Below are positions 40,754-54,187 of a stretch of 64,000 nucleotides of DNA, piece by piece (position 1 is the stretch's first letter; each line of letters opens with the position of its first letter). The notes under the pieces are model-generated. The model was not told the origin of the DNA and searched no databases. It saw only the letters and a list, made by a program, of their open reading frames with translations. A program made the position numbers and the translations under genes. The stretch covers positions 383,966,001 to 384,030,000 of the forward strand of contig OZ024741.1 in the NCBI GenBank assembly GCA_964016885.1, written 5' to 3'. This stretch comes from Eledone cirrhosa. Its lineage: Eukaryota.

Positions 40754-43108
40754 GTAAGCAGGTGAAACCTCTCTTGATAAAAATATTGAATTAAATAGAT
40801 TAATTTAAATGCAGGAATTATGTTTGGAATGCAGCAAGTGAAGTTTAGAATTGAAATAGAAATAGAAGTTTTGCCGTAACATTGACTAAATAAAATAGTC
40901 TAATAAAGGGGCATTATGAATGGAAAAAGATGGGTATTTCAATTCTAAATTAAATGCATTTGTTTATTGAACAATAAACTCAGATCTCAGAGATTTGGAA
41001 CAAATACTGCAAGGCATTAGATCCAGTGCTTTAACAGTTCTAACAATTCATCACCTAAAATGAATATCATTTGTTAATAAGATTAACAAAAGAATATAAT
41101 AATGATGGAACAGATTCTGTATAAATATACACAGGCATGGTTGAGGGGTTAAGGACTGTACTTCACAACTATGAGGTTCTGTGTTCAGTCAACCTTTGCA
41201 GCACATTAGGCAAGTGTTTTCTATTATTAGCACAGCCAACTGACAATCTAATCACAGCTATATAAAAAGACTAGATGATATAGATCAGTGCAATCGGGGC
41301 TGATCAGGAATTAAACAACATTGTATCCCACAAATCAAATAAAATATAGTTACTATTTTACATTCATTTATTATGGCTATGTAGTAAGTCTTGTTACTCT
41401 GGAGTTTCACCTCACTACTTGGCCATCATAAATTAATACTTAAACACTACTTTGGTATTGAGTACTTTTTTCTCTTGTCTGTCAGTTACATATGGATACG
41501 TTATTATTTTACATTTATTTTCCGACTGATTTCAGTCATTGAACTGCAACTATGGTGGAGAACTGCCTTGAAAGGCTAGTTTTTGTCAATTGTATTGACA
41601 CACACAATCTGTGAGTGTGTATCCATGTGTGTGTGTGTTTTTTTTTTGGGGGGGGGGGGGTTCTTGTGTGTGTCTGTGTCCATACATGTGTGCATTTATA
41701 TTTATCCCTTTAAACCAGTGTGGTGAACTGTATTGCTTTTTGTCAAAAATATAACTTCACAATTTGTTAAATAAAGAAAGCAAAAATAGACAAATACAGA
41801 AATAAATACTGGAGTGAACATTATTGGTGCAAGCATGTGGTAGTGGTGCCTTAGCATGAGCACAGTCTAATAACTGAAAGCAGTAATAAAGTAACATAGT
41901 ATCTATGATATTTATACCAATATTATGCTACCATTTCTAGGCATACATACAATAAAATATCATTTTTTATTATTTATTTACTGGTTTCAGTCATTAGACT
42001 ACAGCCATGCTGGGGCACCACCTTGGTTTAGTTGATCATATTGACACCAATATTAGTTTTTCAAGTCTGGTACTAATTTTATACATGTTCATTTTGTTAA
42101 GCCTCTAAGTTACATGGCAGATATACCTAAACATAAATATAAACATAGATATGGAGATACTTACACATAAGTATATACATATATTCGATGGAGTTCTGCT
42201 GTTTATGTCTACCAAATTTCACTCACAAGGCATTGGTCAACTCAAGATTATAGTAGACGACACATGTGTAAGGTGGTGCACAGCAAGACTAACTCTGAAA
42301 CCACATAGTTGAGAGGCAAACCCTTTAATAAACACAAGCCTGCTTGCATCTATGTACATATGCCATGTATATATATTTTTGGCAGAAATCTTCAAAACAA
42401 AACATTTTTATCATTTTTATTTTTGGACTTAGATCATTAGATATTATTTGCTGCTTTTGCTTGGCATAATAATAATAATTTGATGGTGAAATTGTTAAAC
42501 CAAGAGGTTTTTATATATAATGCTATATATAGAAGTTAGAGCCAGAGGCTTTGTGGGAAAATCTGCCTACAATCTGAGCAACCAACTTTCAGTCTCTGAG
42601 AAGACAAGGACCAAATCATCTAAGGCAATATCAGAGGCAACAGAAAGGAGTTCCAGCTGGATCTGATTGAAGAAGAACTTTAACGATTTCCATACCATGT
42701 GGGAGGCATTGTGTTTTTATTGTAACGCACAACCACTAAGTAACTCTGAGTCACTCATAGTTTGTAGTGTTGGCAACAGTATGTTGACAACTCACCACTA
42801 TCATGACTACCAATGTTATTTTCCAATTCAAGGAAGTGTTTAAATAAAAGTTTGAAAGCAGAGGCAACAGAAAGTAGTTAAAGCTAGATCCTGTCAACAA
42901 GATCTTATACGTTTTAAATACACAGCAAATCTCTGATTTCTGAATGACTAAATATCAGCAGAAGGGCACCCAAAAGTCATGTCATGGATGCAGCCCAGCC
43001 CCCTTAGAGTGTAAGAAGTTAAGGGCCAAAATGTTTGGTTGAGTTTCCTCTCTGAAGACCTGCTGCTGTTCAGCTCTCCTGGTAGCTTCTTATCACTATA
43101 TATATATA

Positions 43109-43157
<49 letters not shown>

Positions 43158-43673
43158 ATAGATGAAAAGAAGATTTTTTTCGTTACAGGGTGTATGTTAC
43201 CACTAGAGTGAAAGACATAAAAACTGCAAAAGGTACTGGAAATACATTATAATTAAACAGATTAATTAAAATGGAAAGTGTACCGTCATAACTATGACAC
43301 CTGTACAATCCAATGGAAGGATTGCTTCACTAAATGCTACAAGAATCACATTATCCAAGATCATGAGTGGGTCTTTCAGAAAATGTGTCTTGTGCGTCTA
43401 ATTAGAAATTAGATAACTAGTCTTCCTTGAGCCCATATCTGTAGAGGATCGGATGCCATGCTTTACAGCATAGTTACATCCCCTTACATTCTAAGTTCAA
43501 ATCCCACCAAGGTTAACTTTGCCTTTCATCCTTACGGGATCAATAAAATATAGTACCAGTAATGTACTGGGATAATTAATGACCTTGTGCTAAAAGTAGA
43601 AGCAATTATATTACAGGGAGCAATGCAGGTCCTTTACTCCATTGCTTCATTCGATATATATATATATATATAT

Positions 43674-45158
43674 ATATCCAAAATTAAAATTAAGGGTTGT
43701 CATGTCTGAGAGACATGCGTCATATTCACTGCAGAATCTGCTCATAGATTCCAATGAATAGATCTGAGCATTACATATCAACTAGAAATAGATTGACATA
43801 TATATATATATAAAATAAACATATGAAGCAATCACAGGGAATAATTTGTAAAGAATGTAAGCAAACATAGCTAGGTAGGTAACTAATTAAAGTTTAACTA
43901 GAACTTCAAATATAGATACCTTTTAAAATGATTAATCTCCTTTGTATATATTTGTTTAAGTAAGAAATATATTTCACCAATTAATCCATAAAACACAGCA
44001 GTTAAATTCTTGGATGTTCACCAAAGGTGAAGAAGATAACCATCTGCGTTTACAAAGCAAATACAAATCTGTGAATGACTCAAACCATGTGTTGTATTTT
44101 TTTTTTAAATACACACATTGCACAACGTCATCCCAGCGGTGTGAATAGGACCATCGACAGCCAGAAATAGCAGCCGAGTCTATTCAACTGAATTAGCTCA
44201 ACAATCAAGGGGCCGTATATATATCCAAAATTAAAATTAAGGGTTGTCATGTCTGAGAGACATGCGCCATATCCACTGTAGAATAAGCTCAAAGATTCCA
44301 ATGAATAGATCTGAGTATTACATATCAACTAGAAATAGATTGACATATATATATATATATAAAATAAACATATGAAGCAATCACAGGGAATAATTTGTAA
44401 AGAATGTAGGCACACATAGCTAGGTAGGTAACTAATTAAAGTTTAACTAGAACTTCAAATATAGATACCTTTTAAAATGATTAATCTCCTTTGTATATAT
44501 TTGTTTAAGTAAGAAATATATTTCACCAATTATGTGTGCTTACATTCTTTACAAATTATTCCCTGTGATTGTTTCATATGTTTATTTTATATATATATGT
44601 CAATCTATTTCTAGTTGATATGTAATACTCAGATCTATTCATTGGAATCTTTGAGCATATTCTACAGTGGATATGGTGCATGTCTCTCAGACATGACAAC
44701 CCTTAATTTTAATTTTGGATGTATATATGGCCCCTTGATTGTTGAGCTAATTCAGTTGAATAGACTCGGCTGCTATTTCTGGCTGTCAATGGTCCTATTC
44801 ACGCCACTGGAATGACGTTGTGCAATGTGTGTATTTTTTTTTAAATGCAACACGTGGTTCGAGTCATTCACAGATTTGTATTTGCTTTGTAAACGCAGAT
44901 GGTTATCTTCTTCTCCTTTGGTGAACATCCAAGAATTTGACTACTGCGTTTTACGGATTAATAGGTGAAATATATTTCTTACTTAAAGAAATATATACAA
45001 AGGAGATTAATCATTTTAAAAGGTATCTATATTTAAAGTTCTAGTTAAACTTTAATTAGTTACCTACCTAGCTATGTGTGCTTACATTCTTTACAAATTA
45101 TTCCCTGTGATTGTTTCATATGTTTATTTTATATATATATATATGTCAATCTATTTCT
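43674..45158. repeat. tandem-plus-inverted multimer of a ~545-bp unit
   Basis: About 1.6 direct units 43674-44531 (period 547), then about 1.15 inverted units 44532-45158. Copies differ by scattered substitutions. Confidence 0.9.
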
Positions 45159-45189
45159 CTCTCTATATATATATATATATGGGTGGGTG

Positions 45190-45435
45190 TGGGTGTGAAA
45201 AAAGTAATTGGAAACAGCTAAGCAAACAAAACAGTACAATAAAGAAATATTTTAGTTGAACACTTGATATAGTAGGAAAAGAGCCTTTTCGTTTCGGACA
45301 CTAGTCTTTCATCAGAAGATAGAATGAGAAATATGAGATGAATAGAAAGAAAGAGAGTGAGAAGAGAAAGGAACGGAAATAACGTTTTGGGGAGAAAAAG
45401 CAATCCTGTGTGCAGTCAACTATCTTGGGGAGAAA
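45190..45435 (-). mobile_element. Penelope-like LTR fragment with degenerate hammerhead (45284-45319)
   Basis: Minus strand TCTT CTGATGA AAGAC-TAGT-GTCC GAAA CG; same family as 3540-3790; TA-flanked. Confidence 0.55.
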
Positions 45436-45593
45436 TATATATATTTAAAATATATATATATATGTAAATATAACTATATACTTAAATACATATATACAAA
45501 TATATGTACACGCACTCATATATATATATATATACATATATACATGTGTGTATGAATACAGGTACATACATGAGCACACATATATGAGTATGT

Positions 45594-45624
<31 letters not shown>

Positions 45625-46071
45625 CTCCATACTTTGACATATATACATAGAACAGGAGCAAAAAGCAACACCTTAAGGACACCCATATACACACACATGC
45701 TACAAACGTACACTCATACACACATACATACACATACATACACATGCATGCACATATTTTTATTCCTGTCTTTGATCTATTCTTCGACATTAACTCTGTG
45801 GAGTCATACACTTGCAGCTATGCATATGCTGTTGTAGTTCGCATCTATGTGTCTACATGTATATATGTGAACAGAGTGGGTTGCAAGCAGTTTTGAAACA
45901 TCACAGTTATGCCCTTCAGATATAAATCTTTCAATGATCATAAATAATCTGCTCTTAGTTATTACTCTATAATCTATCATCACTTTTTATACACAAGTCT
46001 TTGTTTTGTTAAAATCTCTTTCAAGCCATATACATGTGTGTGTGTAGTTACATATATATATATATATATAT

Positions 46072-46113
<42 letters not shown>

Positions 46114-46203
46114 GTAGGAGGTGAGTTTTATTGTAGCACAATAAAGCAATGCAAATATCGGATAAGTAGCACTCTACAGTTTGTAGGACTGGAGTATAAA
46201 TAA

Positions 46204-46524
46204 TATAAGATCAAAAGATGGTTAAAAGAGTTCCAAGTATTTTATTATGCGCATTTCAAATATCATCATGGGATGATATCTGCGTTCTCATCAGATAAAA
46301 TAGGGATATATGATATGAAGCTTAAAAAACACTTGTGAATAGTGAAGTTTTAAATCAAAATATGTTGATTTAAAACATATATTCACAAGTGTTTTTTAAG
46401 CTTCATATCATGCATCCCTATTTTCTCTGATGAGAACGCATATATCATCCCATGATGATATTTGCTTTTGAAATGCGCATAATAAAATACTTGGAACTCT
46501 TTTAACCATCTTTTGATCTTATAT
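46204..46524. repeat. fold-back inverted repeat with a hammerhead in each arm
   Basis: Arms of about 135 bp with an internal hairpin at the apex; HHR motifs at 46238-46302(-) and 46419-46489(+). Confidence 0.88.
46419..46489 (+). ncRNA. type I hammerhead ribozyme
   Basis: UAUUUUCU CUGAUGA GAAcGCAuAUAUCAUC-CCAU-GAUGAUAUuUGCuUUU GAAA UGCGCA UA AUAAAAUA: 7 of 8 bp in stem I, long stem II, palindromic stem III. Confidence 0.72.
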
Positions 46525-46769
46525 ATATATAAAGAGAGAGAGCGAGATGAATATATGCATATACACACATTCACACATTATGTACCTTTATTTATGTCAA
46601 ATGCATAACATAGTAATTTGATCAATCATGATCGATAAAATAAGTATCAGACTGAAATATATAAATTGTGATTGATATGATCAACTAAAATCCCTTGAAG
46701 TAATCCCTTGAAGTTGATGCTAGAATCCAATGACTGAAACCTGTGGAAGACATTTTTGATATGTATGTG

Positions 46770-46800
46770 TATATATTGATATATATGAATGCATACGGGC

Positions 46801-46858
<58 letters not shown>

Positions 46859-46888
46859 GCCCGTATGCATTCATATATATCAATATAT
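46770..46888. repeat. perfect palindrome centred on (TA)n
   Basis: ATATATTGATATATATGAATGCATACGGGCATGTA and its exact reverse complement flank a TA run. Confidence 0.9.
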
Positions 46889-47383
46889 ATATGTGTGTGT
46901 GTGTGTAGATATATGATATATATATATATATGTGTGTGTGTGTAGATATATGATATATATATATGTGTGTGTGTGTGATAAGTATGCATAAACATTAATC
47001 TACTGATATATATAATATATACATGTAAGCAATTTAATGTTAAATACAAATTTAATAGACCTGCTCAAACAAAACAGCACTATATTTTGTAAATGATGTC
47101 ATCTTTTTTTTCCTTTCCCTCCTCAGCAAATCAAAATGGAAATTTTGAAATATATCATGTTTGTGTATATGTATATATATATATATATATATATTTTCAA
47201 TACCCGAATTACTTGATCGTTTTTTTGGCTATGCGAATTATTGTTTAACCATCGTCTCAGTGTGTTTGGCGTTTAACGTTTGTTATAGCTCTGGTTCATC
47301 TGAACCATTGAGCACCACATCTCGGAGGTTGTTTTTCGTTATTTTGTGGGCCGAAATGCGAATCTCGATAATTTATGTTTGTT

Positions 47384-47420
<37 letters not shown>

Positions 47421-47439
47421 ATTTATATATGAAAGTATA

Positions 47440-47496
<57 letters not shown>

Positions 47497-47515
47497 ATTT
47501 ATATATGAAAGTATA

Positions 47516-47547
<32 letters not shown>

Positions 47548-47753
47548 ATTTTGTTTTTGGTGATCGATTTATTACTGGTAAATAAATATTCTAAATAAAA
47601 CTCATAATTTATTTTGACTTTTGTCAGTTTTAAATCATTTCTAGAAATAACTTACTTTCATGAACACTGCAGGGATAAATACTTTTTTTTATGAAACACA
47701 TACTCACATAATGACAAAAGACAAACATAAATACCTGCTTTATTCTATTCCAG

Positions 47754-47886
47754 GTTAAAGATGGTGTGCACAAAGTTACATTGACAATTGATAAAGTTTT
47801 GAAACGCCATTTCAATATAACTTTCTTGCTAGAAGTTGAAACTGAAGATAATAAAATTCACACTCACCCTGTAATGTTAACTGAAA
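47754..47886 (+). CDS. Ig protein exon (Ig3 C-half)
   Basis: ttccag acceptor, gtaagt donor, phase 0-1, matching both neighbours. VKDGVHKVTLTIDKVLKRHFNITFLLEVETEDNKIHTHPVMLTE. Confidence 0.82.
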
Positions 47887-48997
47887 GTAAGTCTTGTTAA
47901 ACATTACTATTAACGCATTTTATTCTGCTCATGTTGGAACCATATTGTATTTCAAGTGTGTATTTAAACTTGCGTGGGTATCTTTTATTTTATTATATTT
48001 TGCATGAAGCAAAGATCTTTTCTTCTTGCACGATGCTGTCTGCGCAACATGTACTTCAATTTAAGTGCCATTCACTCAGTGCTGACACAACTCAAAGCCA
48101 AAATTTCTGCCAAAATTTTTCCATGTTTTATTCCTCTGCACAGCCACCATTGGAAACAGACTGCCTCCTTGCCCCGTATTCCACTTTAGGAAATTATACA
48201 CTGTTTTGAAATTATGACTGACCGGTTTGGTTTCTTTTGATCTTTATACATTCAAATCTAGGATGTTAACCTTTAGGCTCATTACATTCTCCATCTGACA
48301 AAATATTATGGTTCTTTAGGACATTATTTATTTACAAAAGTAGGAGCTTAAATAGTCTCCTTATAAATTCAGTAATCTCTAAAGAACACATGATATTCTA
48401 CCATTTGCATTAAAACTAGAAAATAAAAGATGGTGTAATTTAGTTTTAGCATTTAGTTTCTTGTAACCTCTGTTTATCACCAATACACTGAAGTGGTGAA
48501 TAAAGCAACAATGTTGTCAGTTGTTTTAGTGAACCTTGTATTCAATAATTTAGTAATCAATACTAGTTTTATATTATATTTCCTAATGTGATACTTTCCA
48601 GCAAATTTCAAAGTAAGAAAACTATTTTATATTTAAAACTGGGTACAAAACTTTTGCAATTTTACTTAGAAGCTTTATTCTAGAACTATCTCTGAACTTA
48701 TCCATAACAATCAGATGATCATTCATTTACTTGCATTCTATTTCAACTTACAGTAGGGAGGAAAAAGAGAATATTTTCCATAAATAGAGTCTATGGTGTA
48801 GTTATATTGATTTTAAAAAAGATATTTCAACTAACTGTTCAATCAAATTGCTCTGTTACAAAAGTACTAAGTTTCTGAATATATTACTTTTATTTATCCT
48901 GGCTTATTTTTTATTTTTAAACAGTTCAGTATTTTGTCATTTATGTTAACTAATCTATTTTCTTTTTTATTTTCTTTTATTTTCTTTTATTTTCCAG

Positions 48998-49086
48998 AAC
49001 ATTGGACTTCTGCTTCAACTAGGCATTATCAGGAATTCCTTTTTACAGCACTGCTAACTTTGACTGCTAAGATTCTGACCAACTGA
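48998..49086 (+). CDS. Ig protein terminal coding exon, GPI-anchor-signal-like tail
   Basis: Long polypyrimidine tract + ccag acceptor, phase 1. KHWTSASTRHYQEFLFTALLTLTAKILTN* has small residues (SAS), a spacer and a hydrophobic C-terminus, with no cytoplasmic tail. Confidence 0.8.
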
Positions 49087-49577
49087 TTTGTAGGTGCTTA
49101 CAATAAGGGAATGGCTGGGTTTTAGCAGATGAATTAATGACCAAAGTGAAAACAAAAACAGTTGAGTGAATGGATGTGTTTGAATGTATAAAAAGCAAAA
49201 ATTAAAAAAAAAAAATCAAACAAACTAAGAACTACTGTGCAGAATGAATTGGCTACAGTGAGAATGAAAAGTTACCTAGGAAGATCACCATCAAATCACT
49301 ACAAACTATTTGAAATGCTCACAAACTCTGACCTTTTGAAACTACCACCTGCCAGAACATTTAATAAAACAGCAACTGTATCAATATCTACTACCATTGC
49401 TGGTACTGCTACACTTCCCTATAGTTTACTGTCATTATTGTTTTACAAATGCATTTTATAAACAAGAAAAACTATTCTTTTCCTTTTTATCTGTAATTTT
49501 TCTTCCTTTTTTTTTTAAAGCATACATATATATCATATACATAGAGGTATACATAAACACACACACACACAATTTAC

Positions 49578-49636
<59 letters not shown>

Positions 49637-50794
49637 TACTGTGTGTCACATAATTAAATTGCAGTAGTTGCATACATGTACAGATGTGTCTACATATGTC
49701 TACATGTCTATACTTATATTTAAGTATTTATCTATAATCCATATATTATGTGCAAACAACAACATGCAAATACAAATGTCTATTAGTCCTCTATCAGTTT
49801 TTTTTCTTTCTTTTTTTATGGATTCTTTAGTTGTAAGACTACAAAAATCTTTTTACATTAAGATGAGTATTATTAAGGATTATTATGACATGCTAGTTAT
49901 AATTACAATGAAACAAAAAAGACATGAAATATAAGTGATGCAGGCGTGAAAGGAAATGTGTGTGTTTCTCCTCCAATCCCTTTCTTTTATTGCTGACTTT
50001 GATCAAACCATGAATGATATAGAAATCTGGCACAGTCAGGGAAATTGGCTATTAATTTGTGCTTGGAACTAGGATTTGTTGGGATACAGTTGTTGTTCGA
50101 TGATGAGTATGGTGTCTAGAGAAAGAGAGATATAGAAATGCATTCACTCACAGAGTACATTGTTTTGTTTTTGTTTTTGTTTTGTTTCTTTGTCTGCATT
50201 GTAAAGGTTTTTACCATTTTCCCTCCCTCCTTAACTAATTTCCACTGAGATAAAAAGAAACAAATTGCTTTACTACTTGTGGAGGTGAGTTCAAGCATAC
50301 GGATGGCTTCAAAACTATTTTGTAATTTTATAGGAATTACAGAAGTGCATGCTGATAACCCATTCAAATTCTCACTCACACACACACACACACATACACA
50401 CACTCAAACACACACATATATGCATTCCTCTATTTAAGTTATATTATAATACATACACACATGCATGCATTATACATAAGTATATATAAAGATATGTAGT
50501 AAATAAAATGTTCATGCAAATATAGTTTATGTGACAGAAAAGTAACATAGGCAGCATATTGCATGCGCTCTACATAAATCTAGCTGTCAAGATTCTTTTC
50601 ACTTTACTTCTGTCAATATGTTTACTCCTTGTTTAATAATGTATTTTAATACATTTTATGAATTCTCTAAAAGAGTTCACCACCAAAACACTTTCTCTTA
50701 TTCTAATTCAGGATTTAAAGTAACATAAAATAATAAAAGGAGCTTCCGTTTCCAGACAAGAGTAGTGTTTCCTGCTCAGTAATTACACCCACCA

Positions 50795-51170
50795 CATACA
50801 TATATATATTATATATATATATTTATATATATTTATATATATTATTTATATATATATTATTTATATATATGTTTATTTATATATATATTTATTTATATAT
50901 GTATGTATATATGTATATGTATATATATATTTATATATGTATATATATATTTATATATATATAATATATATTTATATTTATATATATATGTATATATATA
51001 TATAATATATATGTATATATATATATATGTATATATATATAATATATGTGTATATATATATATATATGTGTGTATATAAACATATATATATATGTATATA
51101 TATGTGTATATATATATACATAATATATATATGATATATGTATATATATATATACATAATATATATATGA

Positions 51171-51249
<79 letters not shown>

Positions 51250-51389
51250 ATATATATATTATATATGTATATATATATATATATATATACATAATATATA
51301 TATTATATATGTATATATATATATATATATACATAATATATATATTATATATGTATATATATATATATATATACATAATATATATATTA

Positions 51390-51421
<32 letters not shown>

Positions 51422-51726
51422 CATAATATATATATTATATATGTATATATGTATATATATATATATATATACATAATATATATATTATATATGTATATAT
51501 ATATATATATATACATAATATATATATTATATATGTATATATATATATATATATATACATAATATATATATTATATATGTATATATGTATATATATATAT
51601 ATATATATACATAATATATATATTATATATGTATATATGTATATATATATATATATATACATAATATATATATTATATATGTATATATATATATATATAT
51701 ATACATAATATATATATTATATATGT

Positions 51727-51760
<34 letters not shown>

Positions 51761-51776
51761 TACATATTATATATGT

Positions 51777-51808
<32 letters not shown>

Positions 51809-51839
51809 CATAATATATATATTATATATATTATATATG

Positions 51840-51900
<61 letters not shown>

Positions 51901-51916
51901 CATAATATATATATAT
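50795..51916. repeat. 1.1-kb AT-rich tract with higher-order unit ACATAATATATATATTATATATGT(AT)n
   Basis: Unit of about 40-45 nt repeated more than 10 times between about 51240 and 51730. Confidence 0.92.
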
Positions 51917-52197
51917 CATTACATCTTAAATTTTATTAAGAAAAAGAAAATATGTAATATAATATACATTGTTTGTAATTAGATCTGAAATTTTCATCCA
52001 TCTCTAATTCGTATAATGAATAGATCTAACTTTACATTCCATGTATGTATATATAGGTAGTGTATGAATGCATATATGTATATTTGTACATACAGGCAAC
52101 TACATCTTTCTATGCTTAATATTATATAAATGCATGAAGATAGAAATGGTATATTTATGAATCACAAACACCCGTTTACACATTCACCTATATATAG

Positions 52198-52244
<47 letters not shown>

Positions 52245-52287
52245 TGTATATATATGTGTTTGCATGTGTGCATGTATGTAGGTATGC

Positions 52288-52351
<64 letters not shown>

Positions 52352-54156
52352 GTATGTGTATACTGGTGTTTATATATATATATACAATATATATATATAT
52401 ACATATAGAATTGCTAACTTTTTTGTCTACATTCTCTATGGAATGTACTCTGTAGTACAATGTATACATATAGTTTCTCACTGACATTCTCATTGACAAC
52501 TTATTTTTGTTATCATTACTACATTTATGATTGATAACTATTAGAATATGGAAGAGGAGTATTTGATAGTCATTCTGAGACTGGGGACTCTGCCTTAGTG
52601 AACATAGACTATATATAAAAGACTTGGAACTTGCCCAGTCAAATATCAGATCTCTGAGAGATTTGGGACCCTGCTCAAGGAAACACATGTTCTTCTTTAC
52701 ATAGGCTTGTGTCTTCACTAAAGAACCATTGTTTTCTGAGAGAAGGGGATCTGGCCCAAGTAATCATGGTGTCTCTGAGAAACTGAAAACTTTCTGTCTT
52801 TAATATTCTTCTATTCTTCTTTATTCTTTGACCCTCTCCTTCTTTGACCAATTCTTTTTAGGGGAATTTCCAAAATCTTCAGTGAAGCAGTTGGAGGCAT
52901 AGTTTTCTTGTTAACTGTGTGAAAAATAAAGGACACTTGAAATTTGTGAATTTCCCACTGCTTAAATGTATAAAAATGTTATGGGGTTTTTTTTTCAGAA
53001 AAAAAAATCTAGTAATATCTGCTCAATTTTTCGTTTTATTTTTTAAATGAAAAAAAAATCCAAAAAAATTCATGTAAAGTTTATCTTTTCTTTTTCATTC
53101 AACTATCAATGGTTATATGTTCTTTTGCTTTATGATCGTTGACTGAAGATACGTTGCTTGACATAAAATTAGAAGTTATAGATATACAAACTTGTTTTTT
53201 GTTTGTTTTTTGTTTTGGTTTTATTTTTTAGTCTGCTACATTTATATTTAATCTGATCCAAAAGAGCTTTGGCTGTTGTTCTTAAAATTAAGGATAAATT
53301 GTCATGTGGTTTTATATGTTTAAGATGAATACTTTATTGTTACATGGGACCAAATCATAAAATAGCTGTTTGTTTTCATTTTAGTTGATACAATATACTT
53401 GTTGCTTCAGTTTCACTTTACATATACAGATAGTATTAAATGGCCAATAGGTGCAAGATCAATGATGATCATAAATTATGCTCAAATGACAATTATAAAA
53501 TATCAAATCCCAATGATGCATTTGCTAATAGGTCCTCTTCATCTCTTTATTTTATTCTTTGCCAAAAATTGATGTATATTTTCAGATGTTTACTCTGAAA
53601 GGACTTGTAGGTATTATCATGTATTTCTTTACATTATTTTTCTTTGAAACTGAAATATATTTCCCCGGATATATTCATATGTATGGGGGTGTATATTTAT
53701 GGACATGTTTAAGAACATGTATACATATACACTTTGAAAGACAAACAAAACATCCTGATATTTTCCCCTAAATATTTAGAAAACCTTAAATAATGTACCA
53801 TAAGGGCAACAAATAGAAAGTTTTCCTTCTAAAGTTCTTTCAAATAAGATTCTCAAAGCTAAATGTGTGCACCATTTTAGTTTTCTGACACAATGGATGA
53901 TTATGAAGATATTGTACAAAATAGTGAATGCCTGCAGTTTTTTTATTAATTTACTTGTTTTTATTATTATTATTTTTGCATAATTGCCATGTTACTTTTT
54001 TTCTTTTTGCTTTCTTCCAAGATCTTATAGTATATTTTGCCATTTTGTTCTAATCTTATGAAAATAAAATTTGGTCTTAATTATGATGTCAACAAAAATC
54101 CGAATGTTTGTCACAGCTCTCTTTATTTTCAACTTTTTAAAAATCAATATTATTGA

Positions 54157-54187
<31 letters not shown>

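Noticed and set aside
44128-44815. Pair of near-identical 66-aa ORFs on opposite strands
   Set aside because: By-product of the inverted repeat; non-ATG start and no recognisable domain.
51240-51730. Regularly spaced palindromic repeat resembling a CRISPR array
   Set aside because: Spacers are only (AT)n, there are no cas genes and the context is eukaryotic; it is a minisatellite.
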